A stretch of DNA of 64,000 bases from Azolla caroliniana (Eukaryota > Plantae > Polypodiophyta), in assembly GCA_043228905.1 (NCBI GenBank), contig JBHGNT010000009.1, forward strand, positions 17,298,001-17,362,000. The letters are read 5' to 3'. This document shows positions 63,548 through 64,000 of the stretch, in pieces. The notes under the pieces are model-generated. The model saw only the letters and a list, made by a program, of their open reading frames with translations, searched no databases and was not told where the DNA came from. Positions within the stretch are counted from its first letter, which is position 1; each line of letters opens with the position of its first letter. The position numbers and the translations under genes are program-made.

Positions 63548-64000
63548 TCAGGCACTAGAGGGCAATTTGGCCGATCTTGTAATGCGCTTGTTGTTGGTGC
63601 CAGTTTTTTCTGATTTTACATTCTTCTTTATCTTAAAGCCTTTAGGTATCAGCTGACTAAGTGGCACTTCATCATCAGAGGCATCAGAGACAAGTGTGGA
63701 TGCACCGACACCTTGTACTAGTGGCAAGCTTGAGAGAGCAACTGTGTTTTCTACAACTGCAATGCTTGTACACACATCCACAAAGGTATTGTCGATAGAA
63801 AAATTATCACTCATCTCCTGAATGTGGGTTGTTTTAGTACTCATGTTATTGCTAGTATGCTCAGTCTCAGTACAATTAGGCTCATGTATGTGGGCTACAA
63901 CAATACTCCTGGTGAACTCTTGGCTGGTCATAGTCACCTCATTCTTAAGACCACTGTGCTCTCCTTCTTGGGTCAACTGCTCTTGTACGGTGGCTATCAC
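63548..64000 (-). CDS. C-terminal part of an unknown ORF convergent with the transposase (low complexity, basic tail)
   Basis: At least 150 open codons running off the window, ending SDDEVPLSQL..KKNVKS..NNKRITRSAK. The stop lies ~260 bp from the transposase stop. Confidence 0.5.
   Translation of the reverse strand: MIATVQEQLTQEGEHSGLKNEVTMTSQEFTRSIVVAHIHEPNCTETEHTSNNMSTKTTHIQEMSDNFSIDNTFVDVCTSIAVVENTVALSSLPLVQGVGASTLVSDASDDEVPLSQLIPKGFKIKKNVKSEKTGTNNKRITRSAKLPSSA

Larger units (their letters stand above)
56690..64000 (+). mobile_element. Large DDD-transposase DNA transposon, Sola2-like; right end outside the window
   Basis: Candidate terminus GAGGG at 56690, subterminal repeat array, spliced transposase pseudogene and a convergent second ORF. 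Confidence 0.7.

Overview
Repeat-rich land-plant nuclear DNA; a fern or other non-flowering plant is a guess from the TE content. Two intact host genes were reconstructed by hand on the minus strand: a 12-exon SYT1-type synaptotagmin (12525-23973, 535 aa) and a 2-exon U/P-type cyclin most like CYCU2/CYCP3 (27787-29778, 255 aa). The rest is mostly nested transposable elements: three Ty1/copia elements (one full-length with TSD, 45783-51190), an inverted LTR element with a repeat-filled interior, a solo LTR, several LINEs (one near full-length, one 5'-truncated with polyA and TSD), hAT, Mutator and CACTA-type MITEs, and a Gypsy LTR with PBS. The most unusual element is a large, intron-containing DDD-transposase transposon of apparent Sola2 type (from about 56690, running off the window end). 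It has palindromic subterminal repeats, a triplicated catalytic-motif segment, an intron made of ~147-bp repeats and a second convergent ORF. All coordinates were read by eye; no database searches were run.
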